Shown one piece after another: positions 1 through 9,728 of a DNA stretch of 64,000 bases (positions are counted from its first letter, which is position 1; every line of letters starts with the position of its first letter). The stretch spans positions 52,961 through 116,960 of the forward strand of contig CAVUWD010000012.1 in assembly GCA_963745025.1 (NCBI GenBank), in the 5' to 3' direction. This stretch comes from an uncultured delta proteobacterium (GTDB lineage Bacteria > Desulfobacterota > Binatia > JACPRU01). Made by a program: the position numbers and the translations under genes. Under the pieces are notes generated by a model. The model saw nothing but the letters and a program-made list of their open reading frames with translations. It was not told the DNA's origin and did not search any database.

Positions 1-1088
1 GCGCGGTCGTCGGGCCGGCCCGCGCCGAGCGCCTCGCCGAGAGCGCGCGCTTCGATCGGATCGCCGACCGGCGTTCCGGTGCCGTGCGCCTCGACGTAAC
101 CGATCGCCGACGGCCGCACCTCAGCCTGGCGGCACGCGGCCCGCACCAGCGCGGCTTGAGCGGCGGCACTCGGTACGGTGATGCCGTTCGTGTGCCCGTC
201 CTGGTTGGCGGCCGTGCCGCGGATCGCGGCATAGATGCGATCGCCGTCGGCGAGCGCGGCAGCGAGCGGCTTCAGCACCACGACCCCGGCGCCCTCCGCA
301 CGCACGAACCCGTCGGCGCTCGCGTCGAACGCCTTGCACCGGCCCGTCGGCGACAGCATCGACATCCGGCTGAAGGCGACGAACGGCATCGGCGCGAGCA
401 GCGCGTTCACACCCCCGACCAAGGCGAGCGTGCAGTCGCCGCTCCGCAGGCTCTCGCAGGCGAGGTGGGCGGCGATCAGCGAAGACGAGCACGCCGTATC
501 GATCGCCACGCTCGGCCCGCGAAGGTCGAAGCAGTAGGAGATGCGATTCGCGGCGATGCTCAGCACGCCGCCCGTGGTGCTGTAGATGTCGATTTCGCTG
601 CGCTCGTCCGGGCTCGACTGCAAGAGCTCGTAGTCGTGCGTTGAAATGCCGATGAACACACCTGTCGGCGAGCCGCGCAGGCGGCTCGCCACCTGCCCCG
701 AGTCTTCGAGCGCCTCCCAGGCCGTCTCGAGAAGCATGCGTTGCTGCGGGTCCATGAACGCCGCCTCGCGCGGGGAGATACCGAAGAAGGCAGGGTCGAA
801 CCGGTCGATTCCGTCCACGAAGCCGGCGAAGCGCGTGATCGACTTTCCCGTGCGCCCAGGCACGGGATCGTAGTACGCGTCGATGCTCCAACGATCGGCG
901 GGAATCTCGCGCACGGCGTCGACCCCGTCGCAGAGGAGCTTCCAGAACGTTTGCGGGTGGTCGGCGCCTCCCGGAAACCGGCAGCCGATACCGACGATGG
1001 CGATGGGCTCTCGACTCAAGGCTCGCCTTTGGCCCCCTTCTTCGAGCCGCCCGGAATCGGGGGCTCCCGGCGCCCGCAGGTGACGCAT
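1..1088 (-). CDS. Type I polyketide synthase, N-terminal ketosynthase domain (partial; continues beyond the left edge)
   Basis: Not in the ORF track. Manual translation gives EPIAIVGIGCRFPG, MDPQQRMLLE, active-site DTACSSSL and EAHGTGTPVGDPIE. Start is ATG 1088 (in-frame TAG just before it) or TTG 1019. Confidence 0.95.
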   Translation of the reverse strand, partial: MRHLRAPGAPDSGRLEEGGQRRALSREPIAIVGIGCRFPGGADHPQTFWKLLCDGVDAVREIPADRWSIDAYYDPVPGRTGKSITRFAGFVDGIDRFDPAFFGISPREAAFMDPQQRMLLETAWEALEDSGQVASRLRGSPTGVFIGISTHDYELLQSSPDERSEIDIYSTTGGVLSIAANRISYCFDLRGPSVAIDTACSSSLIAAHLACESLRSGDCTLALVGGVNALLAPMPFVAFSRMSMLSPTGRCKAFDASADGFVRAEGAGVVVLKPLAAALADGDRIYAAIRGTAANQDGHTNGITVPSAAAQAALVRAACRQAEVRPSAIGYVEAHGTGTPVGDPIEARALGEALGAGRPDDR

Positions 1089-1302
1089 CTAGATAGTCGA
1101 CCTGCCGGAGGTTTCCAATATGGGTACCGTTCCAAATTGGACGACGGTGGCTTTTCCGATCGATCCGGTCTGTCTCGGATCGACCGGAGAAGCCACCCAA
1201 CCGCGCGAAGCGCGGATCCGCTTCAAGCACCCCGGGGCGGAAGTTTTCGCTGACCCCTCAAACGGCGGCCACGCTCGATCGTCACCGCATTCGAGCTCGG
1301 TC

Positions 1303-3426
1303 TCAGATGCGCACGAGCGGCGTCTCGCGGATCCCGTCCGGCCAGCTCCCGAAGTGCTTCAGCGCGTCCGCATCGGGCCGTAGCTTCGACCACTCTTTCT
1401 CGAAGTCGGCCCAAGCTTTCGCGCGCGCGAGACGGCGCCGGCGCTCGGCGTCGCGCGCGAGTTTCGTCGCCGCCTCTTCGACGAGGAAAGACTGCGGATC
1501 GAAGCGGACGCAGTAGACGTTCTCCGCGGCCCAGCGGCTGACGATCCCGGCGCGAACGTCCGCGACGACGGCGGCGGGATCGCGCTGCAGCACGTCGCCG
1601 TAGCCGGCGCCGCCGGCGGCGAACTGCACGATGACGTCCCCGTTCATGCCGATGCGCGTCGGTCGATTGATGTTCTCGAACACGTACTCGCCGCGGATCG
1701 TCCGCTCGGTCGCCAGCTCGACGGCGTTCTTCGGCAGGTCCACGTCTCCGCGGCCCATCTTTTCGATGAGGTCGGTGTTCCGCACCCAGATCCCCGGGCA
1801 CGCGCTCGACGGATAGCCGCCGAATAGCCCGACAGCGCAGCTGATCGCCGAGCTCTTGCCGAGGCCCTGCCAGAAGAAGTAGGGCACGTGGTACGGTACG
1901 AGTGCGGTCTCCGTCGCGCTTCCGCCCTGGAACTTGCCGAACCCGCCGCCGTCCTCGCGGAGGTTCAGGAACAGGCGCAGGAACTGGTACTCGGTCTCCG
2001 AGTCCTCGGCGTCTGGAGAGCGCCCGGCGTGCGCCCACGGGAATCCGTACGCGTGGACGCCATCCTTGTCGACACGGGCACCCTGCCCCTCGGTGTTGAG
2101 CGTCGTCGCCTCGAGCTCCGCAACCGGAATCCCATATTGATTGACGCCGGCGAAGATCACGGCGCTGCCGTTGTTCGAGTTGGGTGCGCCGACCTGCAGG
2201 CGGTCCGGAGAGTCGTACATCATCCGCGCAAAGACCTGCGGCGTGAGGCTCATCACCAGGCTGTTCACCGTGGGGCTGTTGCTGATCGCCGCGTCGGCTC
2301 CGGCGTTGAACACCGAGCCCGGCGGCACCTTCCACTCGAAGGCGGCGAGCGTCCCGTTCGACACCGGCAGGTCGTGGAACGGGTAGGCGTAGATGTAGAT
2401 CGCGGCGTGGGCGGCGGCGATGTGCGGGTAGCAGTTGTACGAGGAATCGTTCTCCGGGGAGCTGCCGGTGAAATCCATGACGATCGAGTCGCCGCGCTTC
2501 TCCGCAGTGAGCACGCCGCGCACCAGCGCCGGCTCGCGCCCGATCGTGTCGATGAAGATCGTCGAGCGGTAGACGCCGTCGTTCCAGCGAGCGATCCGCT
2601 GGCGCACCGCCTTCTCCGCGACCACCACGAGCCGCCGCAAGAGCCCGCGAACGAAGTCGTTGCCCTTCTCGCGCGCGAGATCGACGATCCGGACGCGGAG
2701 CCGATCCGCGCCGGTCACCCGCGCGCGGGTGTCGACCGCCTGCATGCGCGGCGCGCGGCCGATGAAGTTCTCGAACATGCGCAGCACGTCGGCGCGGATC
2801 TGGAAGTTCTCGCCGATCTTGAGCGGCGTGATCTTCATGCCCTCGTCGTTACGGCTCCGCGCCGAAAGCGGCATCCCGCCCGGCTCGATCGCACCCGTTT
2901 CCGGCTGGTGTGCCAGCGCGCACGTCCAGGCGATCAGCTCGCCGTCGTTGAAGACCGGCATCATTGCCATCTGGTCGCAATTGTGGATGCCGCCGTAGCG
3001 GGCCTCGTTCGCGTAGAAGATGTCGCCGTCGCGGACGCCGACCGTCGGGTCGGCGTAGAACTCCTGCATGATGTACTTGACCGGCAGCGTGGCGGTGACG
3101 CAGTGAAGGTAGGTGCCGGCCGAGGCGTTGGCCAGGTCGCCGTTTGCGGTGTAGACGCCGACGATCAGGTCCCCCGAGCGCAGCATGCTCGTCACGCCGC
3201 TGCGGATGAAGATCTCGCGGGCTTCGTCGAGGAAGTTCGCGAGCTTCTCGTCGTAGATCTCGTAGTCGCCGGGCTGAAGGAGCTCCATGCACCGCTCTTC
3301 GAGCGCCGACGGCTTCTCGGGCTTGATCCACTCGACGACGCTCGACGGCGTGATCGCGAGCGGCGTCACGCGCAGGTGTTCGGGGACGTCGGCGTTCCGG
3401 TTGCGCTTGCTTGCAACGAGGCTCAT
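1303..3426 (-). CDS. Hydantoinase B/oxoprolinase family protein, acetophenone carboxylase delta (ApcD)-like
   Basis: True start MSLVASK at 3426 overlaps the upstream stop (ATGA); 707 aa. Motifs GDIFYANEARYGGIHNCD, HQPETG, GGGFGKFQGG, GGAGYGDVLQRDP. Confidence 0.9.
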   Translation of the reverse strand: MSLVASKRNRNADVPEHLRVTPLAITPSSVVEWIKPEKPSALEERCMELLQPGDYEIYDEKLANFLDEAREIFIRSGVTSMLRSGDLIVGVYTANGDLANASAGTYLHCVTATLPVKYIMQEFYADPTVGVRDGDIFYANEARYGGIHNCDQMAMMPVFNDGELIAWTCALAHQPETGAIEPGGMPLSARSRNDEGMKITPLKIGENFQIRADVLRMFENFIGRAPRMQAVDTRARVTGADRLRVRIVDLAREKGNDFVRGLLRRLVVVAEKAVRQRIARWNDGVYRSTIFIDTIGREPALVRGVLTAEKRGDSIVMDFTGSSPENDSSYNCYPHIAAAHAAIYIYAYPFHDLPVSNGTLAAFEWKVPPGSVFNAGADAAISNSPTVNSLVMSLTPQVFARMMYDSPDRLQVGAPNSNNGSAVIFAGVNQYGIPVAELEATTLNTEGQGARVDKDGVHAYGFPWAHAGRSPDAEDSETEYQFLRLFLNLREDGGGFGKFQGGSATETALVPYHVPYFFWQGLGKSSAISCAVGLFGGYPSSACPGIWVRNTDLIEKMGRGDVDLPKNAVELATERTIRGEYVFENINRPTRIGMNGDVIVQFAAGGAGYGDVLQRDPAAVVADVRAGIVSRWAAENVYCVRFDPQSFLVEEAATKLARDAERRRRLARAKAWADFEKEWSKLRPDADALKHFGSWPDGIRETPLVRI

Positions 3427-5576
3427 CGCATCACCTTGGTGATCAACAGATTTGCCATCGGATCGACCTCGACCGCGTATCCCGGAGCCACGACGGCGGT
3501 GGAATAGGCCGCCTCGACGATCGCCGGCCCCTCGAACCGGTTGCCGGGCCGGAGCTTGTCCTCGTCGTAGATCGGCGTGTCGATTCGCTCGCAGCGCTCG
3601 TCCCAGATCGCCGGCCGCGTGCCGGTCCGCGCGGCCGAAGCGTCGGGCCCAGCGAGCGAGCCGGACGGGATCTCCCACTGCGGCTCGGCGACCTCGGCGC
3701 GCAGCACGAAGCTGTGGATCTCGACGCCGCCCTCCGGAAAGACGTTCACCGGGCTGAAGGCGGAGGCGTAGTCCTTCTCGAAGCTCTCGTAGAGCTCCAT
3801 CACGTCCTCGACCGAGGAGAGCCGAGTCTTCGGCGCGGCCGCGCGGTGAATGTGGATCTGCCCGCCGTACTTGGCGTCGAGCTCGAGGCTGAAGCGGGCG
3901 CGGCTCGCATCGTAGCCTTCGCCGGCGAGGTCCTTCCGCGCTCTCTGCTCGAGCCGCTCGACGACCTCGTTGAATTCGTCGAAACGCGTCATCGGCGACT
4001 GGGTGTTCGGGGCCAGCAGCTCGAGCCGCTTCGAGGCTTCGTAGATATGGACGAGCGGCATGGTCGACGCGCCCCACGCGCAGAAGACCGGCGAGAACGG
4101 GAAGATCACCATCGTCTTCATGCCGAGCGCGCCGCCGTAGCCGACACAGTGGGTCGGGCCGGCGCCGCCGAAGGCGAACAGCGCGAAGTCCTTGGGATCG
4201 AAGCCGCGCAGGAACGTCTCGCGCGCGATCACGTCGGCCATGTTGGCGTCGACGATTCGCTTGACGCGCAGCGCCGCCTGCTCGATCGTGATGCCGAGCG
4301 GCTTGGCGATCTTCGTCTCGATCGCCTTGACGGCGAGCTCGGGCTTCAAGCGCATCTTGCCGCCGAAGTAACGGTTCGGGTTCATGTAGCCGAGCACGAG
4401 GTCGGCATCGGTCACGGTCGGCTCCTGCCCGCCAAGGCCGTAACAGGCCGGGCCGGGCATCGAGCCGGCGCCGCGCGGCCCGACCTCGAGGCGGTTGCCG
4501 AGCGCCTGGTTCAGCCAGGCGATCGAGCCGCCGCCCGCTCCGATCGAGCGTGTCTCGAGGATCGACATGTCGACCCAGTAGCGGTCGATGATCGGCCGGA
4601 ACTTGTAGAAGCGGGTCGAGCCCTTGACGACGAGCCCGATGTCGAAGCTCGTGCCGCCCATGTCGGTCACCAGCACGTTGTCGTAACCGAGGCGCTTGCC
4701 GATCGCCGACCCGCCGATCAAACCGGCGACGGGCCCGCCGTTGTAGGTCTGTACCGCGGAGGTGCGGTACACTTCGGCCATGCCTCCGGTGTTGTGGACC
4801 ATCATGATGCCGCGCGAGTAGCCGGCGTCGCGCAGCTCGTCCCCCATTCCCGAGAGCTCCTCCCACATCGACTGATGGAGGTAGGCGTTGAGCACCGTCG
4901 TGTTCGTCCGCGTGTACTCGAGGCGCTTCGGCACCACGTCGGAGGAGAGCATGATCGGCATCGCGCCGAGGTACGCTTCGGGAAACTCCGCTTCGATGAG
5001 TTCGCGTATTCGCCGCTCGTGGACCGGGTTCAGGTACGAGAAGAGGAGCGAGACCACGAAGCCACGCGCGCCGCGGTCGACGAGGGCCCGGAGCCCGTCG
5101 AGGAAGTGCTCCTCGTCGAGCGGACGCACGACCTTGCCGAAGCAGTCGACTCGCTCACGGACGGCGAGGGTCATCTCGGACTCGACGAGCGGCTCGGCCT
5201 TGGTGATGCGCGCGACGTTGCGGATCTCGCGCAGCACGGCCGCGTCCATCCAGGAAGCGCCCCTGGAGATGCGCAGGACGTCCTGGAAACCCTCGGTCGC
5301 GAGCAGCGCCAAGCGGGGACCGGTCCGCTGAATGAGCGTGTTCATCGCCACCGTCGTCGAGTAACGGATCGTCTCGGTCGCGGAGAGGAGGTCCTCGGTC
5401 GAGATCCCGAGCTCGGTCGCCGCGGACTTGAGGGCACGCATGAAACCGACGGCGAGGCGGAAGCCGGTCGTCGGCGTCTTGCACGCGGCCATCCGCCCAT
5501 CCGGCAGGCGGACGAAGCAATCCGTGAACGTCCCCCCGATGTCGACGTCGATCGTGGCTCCGGTCGGGCCGCTCAC
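3423..5576 (-). CDS. Hydantoinase A/oxoprolinase family ATPase subunit, acetophenone carboxylase gamma (ApcC)-like
   Basis: GTG start overlaps the upstream stop (GTGA); 717 aa. Motifs IDVDIGGTFTD, DMGGTSFD, SIGAGGGSIA, PTVTDADLVLG. Confidence 0.92.
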   Translation of the reverse strand: MSGPTGATIDVDIGGTFTDCFVRLPDGRMAACKTPTTGFRLAVGFMRALKSAATELGISTEDLLSATETIRYSTTVAMNTLIQRTGPRLALLATEGFQDVLRISRGASWMDAAVLREIRNVARITKAEPLVESEMTLAVRERVDCFGKVVRPLDEEHFLDGLRALVDRGARGFVVSLLFSYLNPVHERRIRELIEAEFPEAYLGAMPIMLSSDVVPKRLEYTRTNTTVLNAYLHQSMWEELSGMGDELRDAGYSRGIMMVHNTGGMAEVYRTSAVQTYNGGPVAGLIGGSAIGKRLGYDNVLVTDMGGTSFDIGLVVKGSTRFYKFRPIIDRYWVDMSILETRSIGAGGGSIAWLNQALGNRLEVGPRGAGSMPGPACYGLGGQEPTVTDADLVLGYMNPNRYFGGKMRLKPELAVKAIETKIAKPLGITIEQAALRVKRIVDANMADVIARETFLRGFDPKDFALFAFGGAGPTHCVGYGGALGMKTMVIFPFSPVFCAWGASTMPLVHIYEASKRLELLAPNTQSPMTRFDEFNEVVERLEQRARKDLAGEGYDASRARFSLELDAKYGGQIHIHRAAAPKTRLSSVEDVMELYESFEKDYASAFSPVNVFPEGGVEIHSFVLRAEVAEPQWEIPSGSLAGPDASAARTGTRPAIWDERCERIDTPIYDEDKLRPGNRFEGPAIVEAAYSTAVVAPGYAVEVDPMANLLITKVMR

Positions 5577-5941
5577 GGTTTCGACTCCTTCTCCTCCGCG
5601 GCCGCCCCGTCTTCCTCTTCCTGGGCACGATTGCGCAGCGCCTCGAGGTCGAGCTCGATGTCGCGGGTGATCGGGTGGCCCGGCGGAAGCATCTCCACTT
5701 CGATCATCGCCGCGCATCCCGGGCAGTAGAATTCGACGAGGCGCGTCCAGCCGGGGTCGTACGAGAACGAATGCTTCTCGTCGACGAGCGGGCGCCAGAT
5801 CTCGTGCGGGCTACGCTCGGCCACCATGCACCCGTGCTTGTAGTTCTCGCGAGCCGAGCCGAGCGAGTGGCCGCACCAGTGGCAGAGCCACTCGAGGCGG
5901 TCGAGGTCGACTTCGAGGTTCTCCGTGATCCGTCGCTTCAT
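5573..5941 (-). CDS. Small Zn-binding subunit, acetone carboxylase gamma / acetophenone carboxylase beta (ApcB)-like
   Basis: 122 aa from MKRRITENL (ATGA overlap), the C-terminal part of track ORF 5573..7123. CHWCGH and EFYCPGC Cys pairs; LPPGHP. Confidence 0.9.
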   Translation of the reverse strand: MKRRITENLEVDLDRLEWLCHWCGHSLGSARENYKHGCMVAERSPHEIWRPLVDEKHSFSYDPGWTRLVEFYCPGCAAMIEVEMLPPGHPITRDIELDLEALRNRAQEEEDGAAAEEKESKP

Positions 5942-7866
5942 CCCATCCTCGTGACGCGGATCTCGCCGAGCGTGCCGACCCGGACGGTCGTGCTCGGCGG
6001 TACGGGAACCGTGGTGTCGCCGCTCTCGACGATCGCGGGTCCCGCGATCGTCGCGCCGGCGCGAAGCGCATCCCAATCGTAGACGGGAGTCTTCGCCGCG
6101 GTCCCCTGCCACACGACCGCACGAGAGCCGCACGGCTCGATCGTCCCCGGCTCTCGCCGGGGGAGCGATGCGCGCCGTCCCGGCACGCTCGCCTTGAGCC
6201 TGAAGAGCCGCAGCACCTCGCGGTGCTTCGCCGCGCGTTCGAGCGCGGCTCCGAGGTCGGCCGCGTCGCCGAGGTCGACCGCTTCGACGCTCCCGTCGCC
6301 ATTTCCGATCTCCCCCTCGAGCACGAAGGACACGGCGTGGAGATCCACTCCTTCGCCGCGCATGTCGCGCAGCGCACGCCTCGAGAGCACCTCGAGCGTC
6401 TTGCGAACCTCGCCGTCGACTCGCGCCTCGTAGACGTGGAGGAGGTCGAGCCGGGAGAGGCCGAAGGCGCTGAAGACCGGAGACAAGGGAAAGGCGAAGA
6501 AGCCGGCGAGGCTCGCCTCCGCCGCGATCGCCGCGGCGAGAAGGCCGCCGGCACCACCGGTGGCGAAGAGCCAGGTCTTCGCGGCGACGAGACCCCGCTC
6601 GGCGAGCAGACGGCGAACGTCGGTCGCGACCACGTGCGCCGCCTGGCGGAGAATGCGGTGGGCGGCGGTCTCGACGCGGGCGCCGAGCGGCTTCGCGATC
6701 TTCTCTTCGATGATCCGCTTGGCGGCGGCGACGTCGAGCGTCTTGCGCCCGCCGAGGAAGTTCGCGGGGTCGAAGAAGCCGAGGACGCAGGCGGCATCGG
6801 TCACCGTCGCGTCGGAGCCACCGAGCCCGAAGGCGGCGGGCCCGGGTTGCGCGCCGGCGCTTCGCGGACCGACCACCAGCGCGCCACCCGAAACGGCCGC
6901 GATCGAGCCGCCGCCGATGCCGATCGACTCGAGCTCGAGGACGGGCAGCGAAATCGTGACACCGTCGATCGTCGGCTGCACCGCGTAGCGCCAGCTCCCG
7001 TCGACGACGATCGAGACGTCGCTGCTCGTCCCGCCGACGTCGATCGCGACGACCGTCTCGAGGGCGAGCTCGCGGGCGAGCGCCGCCGCCCCGGCGACGC
7101 CGCCCGCCGGGCCCGATCCCCACGTCCGGATCGCCGTCGTCTTCGCGACCCGCGAGGAGCCGCCGTTCGACTGCGCGACGAGCAGCGGCCGAGTCGAGCC
7201 GCTCCGTCTGAGCTCGTCCTCGACCCGGTAGAGGAAGCGGCTCATGACCGGATGGAGGTAGGCATCGAGGACAGCCGTCGCGACGCGGAGGAAGGGATCG
7301 GGCGAGAGTGTCACCTCGTGAGACGCCACGATCGGAACCGCGCCGAGATAGTGCCGCGGATACTCGGCCGCGATGAACGTGCGCACGGCGAGCTCGCGCT
7401 CGGCGAGATCCGGCCCGTCCGCGAGGGCGATGACGACGATGCGCGCGCCCCGCTCGAGCAGACCGCGGAGCGCGGCAACCGTCACCGCTGCGGCCTCGGC
7501 TGCCTTCGGTGACGGCAGCTTCTCGACCAGGTTTCTCGCGAGGGGGAGCGTCTCCGGAAGCCGCGAGACGATCGATTCGTAGAGATCACTGCCGACGAGG
7601 AGACCGACCTTCGCGCCGCTGCGGTTGATCAAGGCGTTCGTCGCGACCGTCGTCGAGAGCCGGACGACGTCGGTCTGCCGCAGCAGTCCAGACCGATCGA
7701 TTCCGAGAAGAGAGGCCGCTTGATCGATGCAACGCAGGATTCCTTCAGTGAGATCGTGCGGCGTCGTGTCGACCTTCGACCGCACCGCCTCGACGCCTCC
7801 GCTCACGTAACCGTCGGTGAAGGTGCCGCCGGTGTCGAGCTCGATCGTGTATCGCGTTCTCGGCAC
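5938..7866 (-). CDS. Hydantoinase A/oxoprolinase family subunit, acetophenone carboxylase alpha (ApcA)-like
   Basis: IELDTGGTFTDG, DVGGTSSD, IGIGGGSIA, ATVTDAACVLG. Start GTG 7866 (alternative 7920). Confidence 0.9.
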   Translation of the reverse strand: MPRTRYTIELDTGGTFTDGYVSGGVEAVRSKVDTTPHDLTEGILRCIDQAASLLGIDRSGLLRQTDVVRLSTTVATNALINRSGAKVGLLVGSDLYESIVSRLPETLPLARNLVEKLPSPKAAEAAAVTVAALRGLLERGARIVVIALADGPDLAERELAVRTFIAAEYPRHYLGAVPIVASHEVTLSPDPFLRVATAVLDAYLHPVMSRFLYRVEDELRRSGSTRPLLVAQSNGGSSRVAKTTAIRTWGSGPAGGVAGAAALARELALETVVAIDVGGTSSDVSIVVDGSWRYAVQPTIDGVTISLPVLELESIGIGGGSIAAVSGGALVVGPRSAGAQPGPAAFGLGGSDATVTDAACVLGFFDPANFLGGRKTLDVAAAKRIIEEKIAKPLGARVETAAHRILRQAAHVVATDVRRLLAERGLVAAKTWLFATGGAGGLLAAAIAAEASLAGFFAFPLSPVFSAFGLSRLDLLHVYEARVDGEVRKTLEVLSRRALRDMRGEGVDLHAVSFVLEGEIGNGDGSVEAVDLGDAADLGAALERAAKHREVLRLFRLKASVPGRRASLPRREPGTIEPCGSRAVVWQGTAAKTPVYDWDALRAGATIAGPAIVESGDTTVPVPPSTTVRVGTLGEIRVTRMG

Positions 7867-7968
7867 CGGCTTCGAGGATCGCGGCGATCGGCCGTCAGCG
7901 CTCGGCTTTCGGCGAAGCACCGCGGGATGCCCTTCCCGAAAGCCGATGGCCGACGACCCCCTCGATCG

Positions 7969-8385
7969 TCAGCTGAGCTTGCAGCTCTTGGTGTGCGCGA
8001 TCGCGTCGTAGACGCATTCGATCATGAGCCCTTCCCCCTCGCCGCTTCCCTTGGCGGCAACCCGCAGCGTGGGATCGGCTTCGAGATCGGGGGGATAGAT
8101 CGCGAAGTGGAACGTGGGCGATACGGCTAGGTCCACACCGAGGGCCTGTTTCGTGGCCTCGGGCGAGAGCGTGCCGCTCTTGTCGCGCCAGAACTTGCCC
8201 TCGCGCTCCTTGTAGGCTCGCTCGGCCTCGATCAGCGCGTCGAGCACCGGTTGCACGCGCGCGGCGAAGGCTTCGCTCCTGCGCCTTTCGGAGCGACCGC
8301 GCAAGTAGGGCGGTGCGATGATCGCGGCGATGAGCGCGAGGGTGGCGGCGGCGATGAGAATCGACGTGAGCGCGGTTTTCGACAT
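7969..8385 (-). CDS. Membrane-anchored pilin-like protein
   Basis: N-terminal hydrophobic helix (LALIAAIIAPPY), long amphipathic helix, C-terminal Cys pair; AAAGGA RBS upstream. Confidence 0.55.
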   Translation of the reverse strand: MSKTALTSILIAAATLALIAAIIAPPYLRGRSERRRSEAFAARVQPVLDALIEAERAYKEREGKFWRDKSGTLSPEATKQALGVDLAVSPTFHFAIYPPDLEADPTLRVAAKGSGEGEGLMIECVYDAIAHTKSCKLS

Positions 8386-8721
8386 TCAAGGTTTCCTTTC
8401 GCGGACCTCATCCAGAGCGTAGTGAATCACGAGAAATCCTTCCCTTCTCCCCAAACGGAGAGCGGGCGAAAGCTGGCCGATCCGTGCGTGTGACGGGCAT
8501 GTCGGTGGGCGTGCGCCTTACCTTCCCTTCGGCCATGGAATTCTTCTCTTCCGATCCGGCGCGGCGTCATCGCCTCACGAAGTCGCTCGACCCCTATGGC
8601 CGCGCGGCGCGGCGATCCTACCGCTCCGCGCCGCGCTGTGCGAGAGGTCGTGCGGCTTTTGTCCCCCCGCTTTCGAGCGAATCGCTCGCGACGAGCTCCC
8701 GGCATGTGTAATGGAACGATC

Positions 8722-9726
8722 ATGAGAATCTGCTTGTGCCGACGAGGAGCCACTCGGATCCTCGAGTCGCTCCGTGCGGAGCTTCCGGAAGACGAGGTTC
8801 TGGAATGCTCGCCGGAAGAAGTGCAAGACGTCGCGCGCCGGGTGGAGGTGGTCGTGCCGATCGTCGCCCGGGTTGGCGAAGACGCTCTCGCCTCCCCCTG
8901 CCTGCGCCTCGTCCAACAGTTCGGCGCGGGGCTCGACGTCGTGGACATCGATTCGGCGTCCCGCCACGGCGTCTACGTCGCCAACGTCCCGAGCGGTGAA
9001 ACGGCGAACGCCGATTCGGTCGCGGAGCTCGCCGTCCTTCTGATGATCGCGCTCGCTCGGAGGTGGTCTCGCGCTCAGGAGAGCTTGCGGGCGCGCCGCA
9101 TCGGCGTGCCGATCGGAACGACGCTCAAGGGGAAGACCGTGGCGATCGTGGGCTTCGGTGGAATCGGACGTGCTCTCGCGCGGCGCCTCCGTGCGTTCAG
9201 CGTCCGCGTCGTCGCCATTTCCCGACACGGGCCTCGGGAGGCCGCGGCGGAAGCCGATCTCCACCTGCCGGCGTCCGGACTGCATGCGGCTCTCGAGCAG
9301 GCGGACTTCGTTGTCGTCGCCACGCCGCTTCAGGCAGAGACTCGCGGCCTCATTGGCCGGGACGCGTTCGCTCACATGAAGCGAGGGGCCTTCCTGGTGA
9401 ACATTGCGCGCGGCGCCGTGGTCGACCGCGAGGCGCTGCTCGAAGCGCTCCGCTCGGGGAAGCTCGGCGGAGCAGGGCTCGACGTTTTCTGGGAAGAGCC
9501 CCCCGATCCGGCGGATCCGCTGTTTTCCTACGAGGTCGTAGCGACGCCGCACGTGGGCGGCGCCACCGACACGTCCCTTCAGGACATCGCCCGGGAAGTG
9601 GCCGCAAACGTGAATCGACTCCGGCGTGGGGAAGCTCCTCGGAACTGCGCCAACGCAGCGTCGATCGACCCGGCATCGCTGCGCGCGAAGCAAGACGGCA
9701 CCCGTCAAAAGGCGGTAATGCCGTAG
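8722..9726 (+). CDS. D-isomer-specific 2-hydroxyacid dehydrogenase
   Basis: GAGLD, VGFGGIG, VNIARGAVVD, AGLDVFWEEP, TPHVGG; start MRICLC. Confidence 0.93.
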   Translation: MRICLCRRGATRILESLRAELPEDEVLECSPEEVQDVARRVEVVVPIVARVGEDALASPCLRLVQQFGAGLDVVDIDSASRHGVYVANVPSGETANADSVAELAVLLMIALARRWSRAQESLRARRIGVPIGTTLKGKTVAIVGFGGIGRALARRLRAFSVRVVAISRHGPREAAAEADLHLPASGLHAALEQADFVVVATPLQAETRGLIGRDAFAHMKRGAFLVNIARGAVVDREALLEALRSGKLGGAGLDVFWEEPPDPADPLFSYEVVATPHVGGATDTSLQDIAREVAANVNRLRRGEAPRNCANAASIDPASLRAKQDGTRQKAVMP

Positions 9727-9728
9727 CC

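Noticed and set aside
3427-4866. N-terminal 480 aa of the 1187-aa track ORF, read as a HyuA-HyuB fusion
   Set aside because: It is an off-frame overlap with the ApcC-like gene, Arg-rich and motif-free. The real start is 3426.
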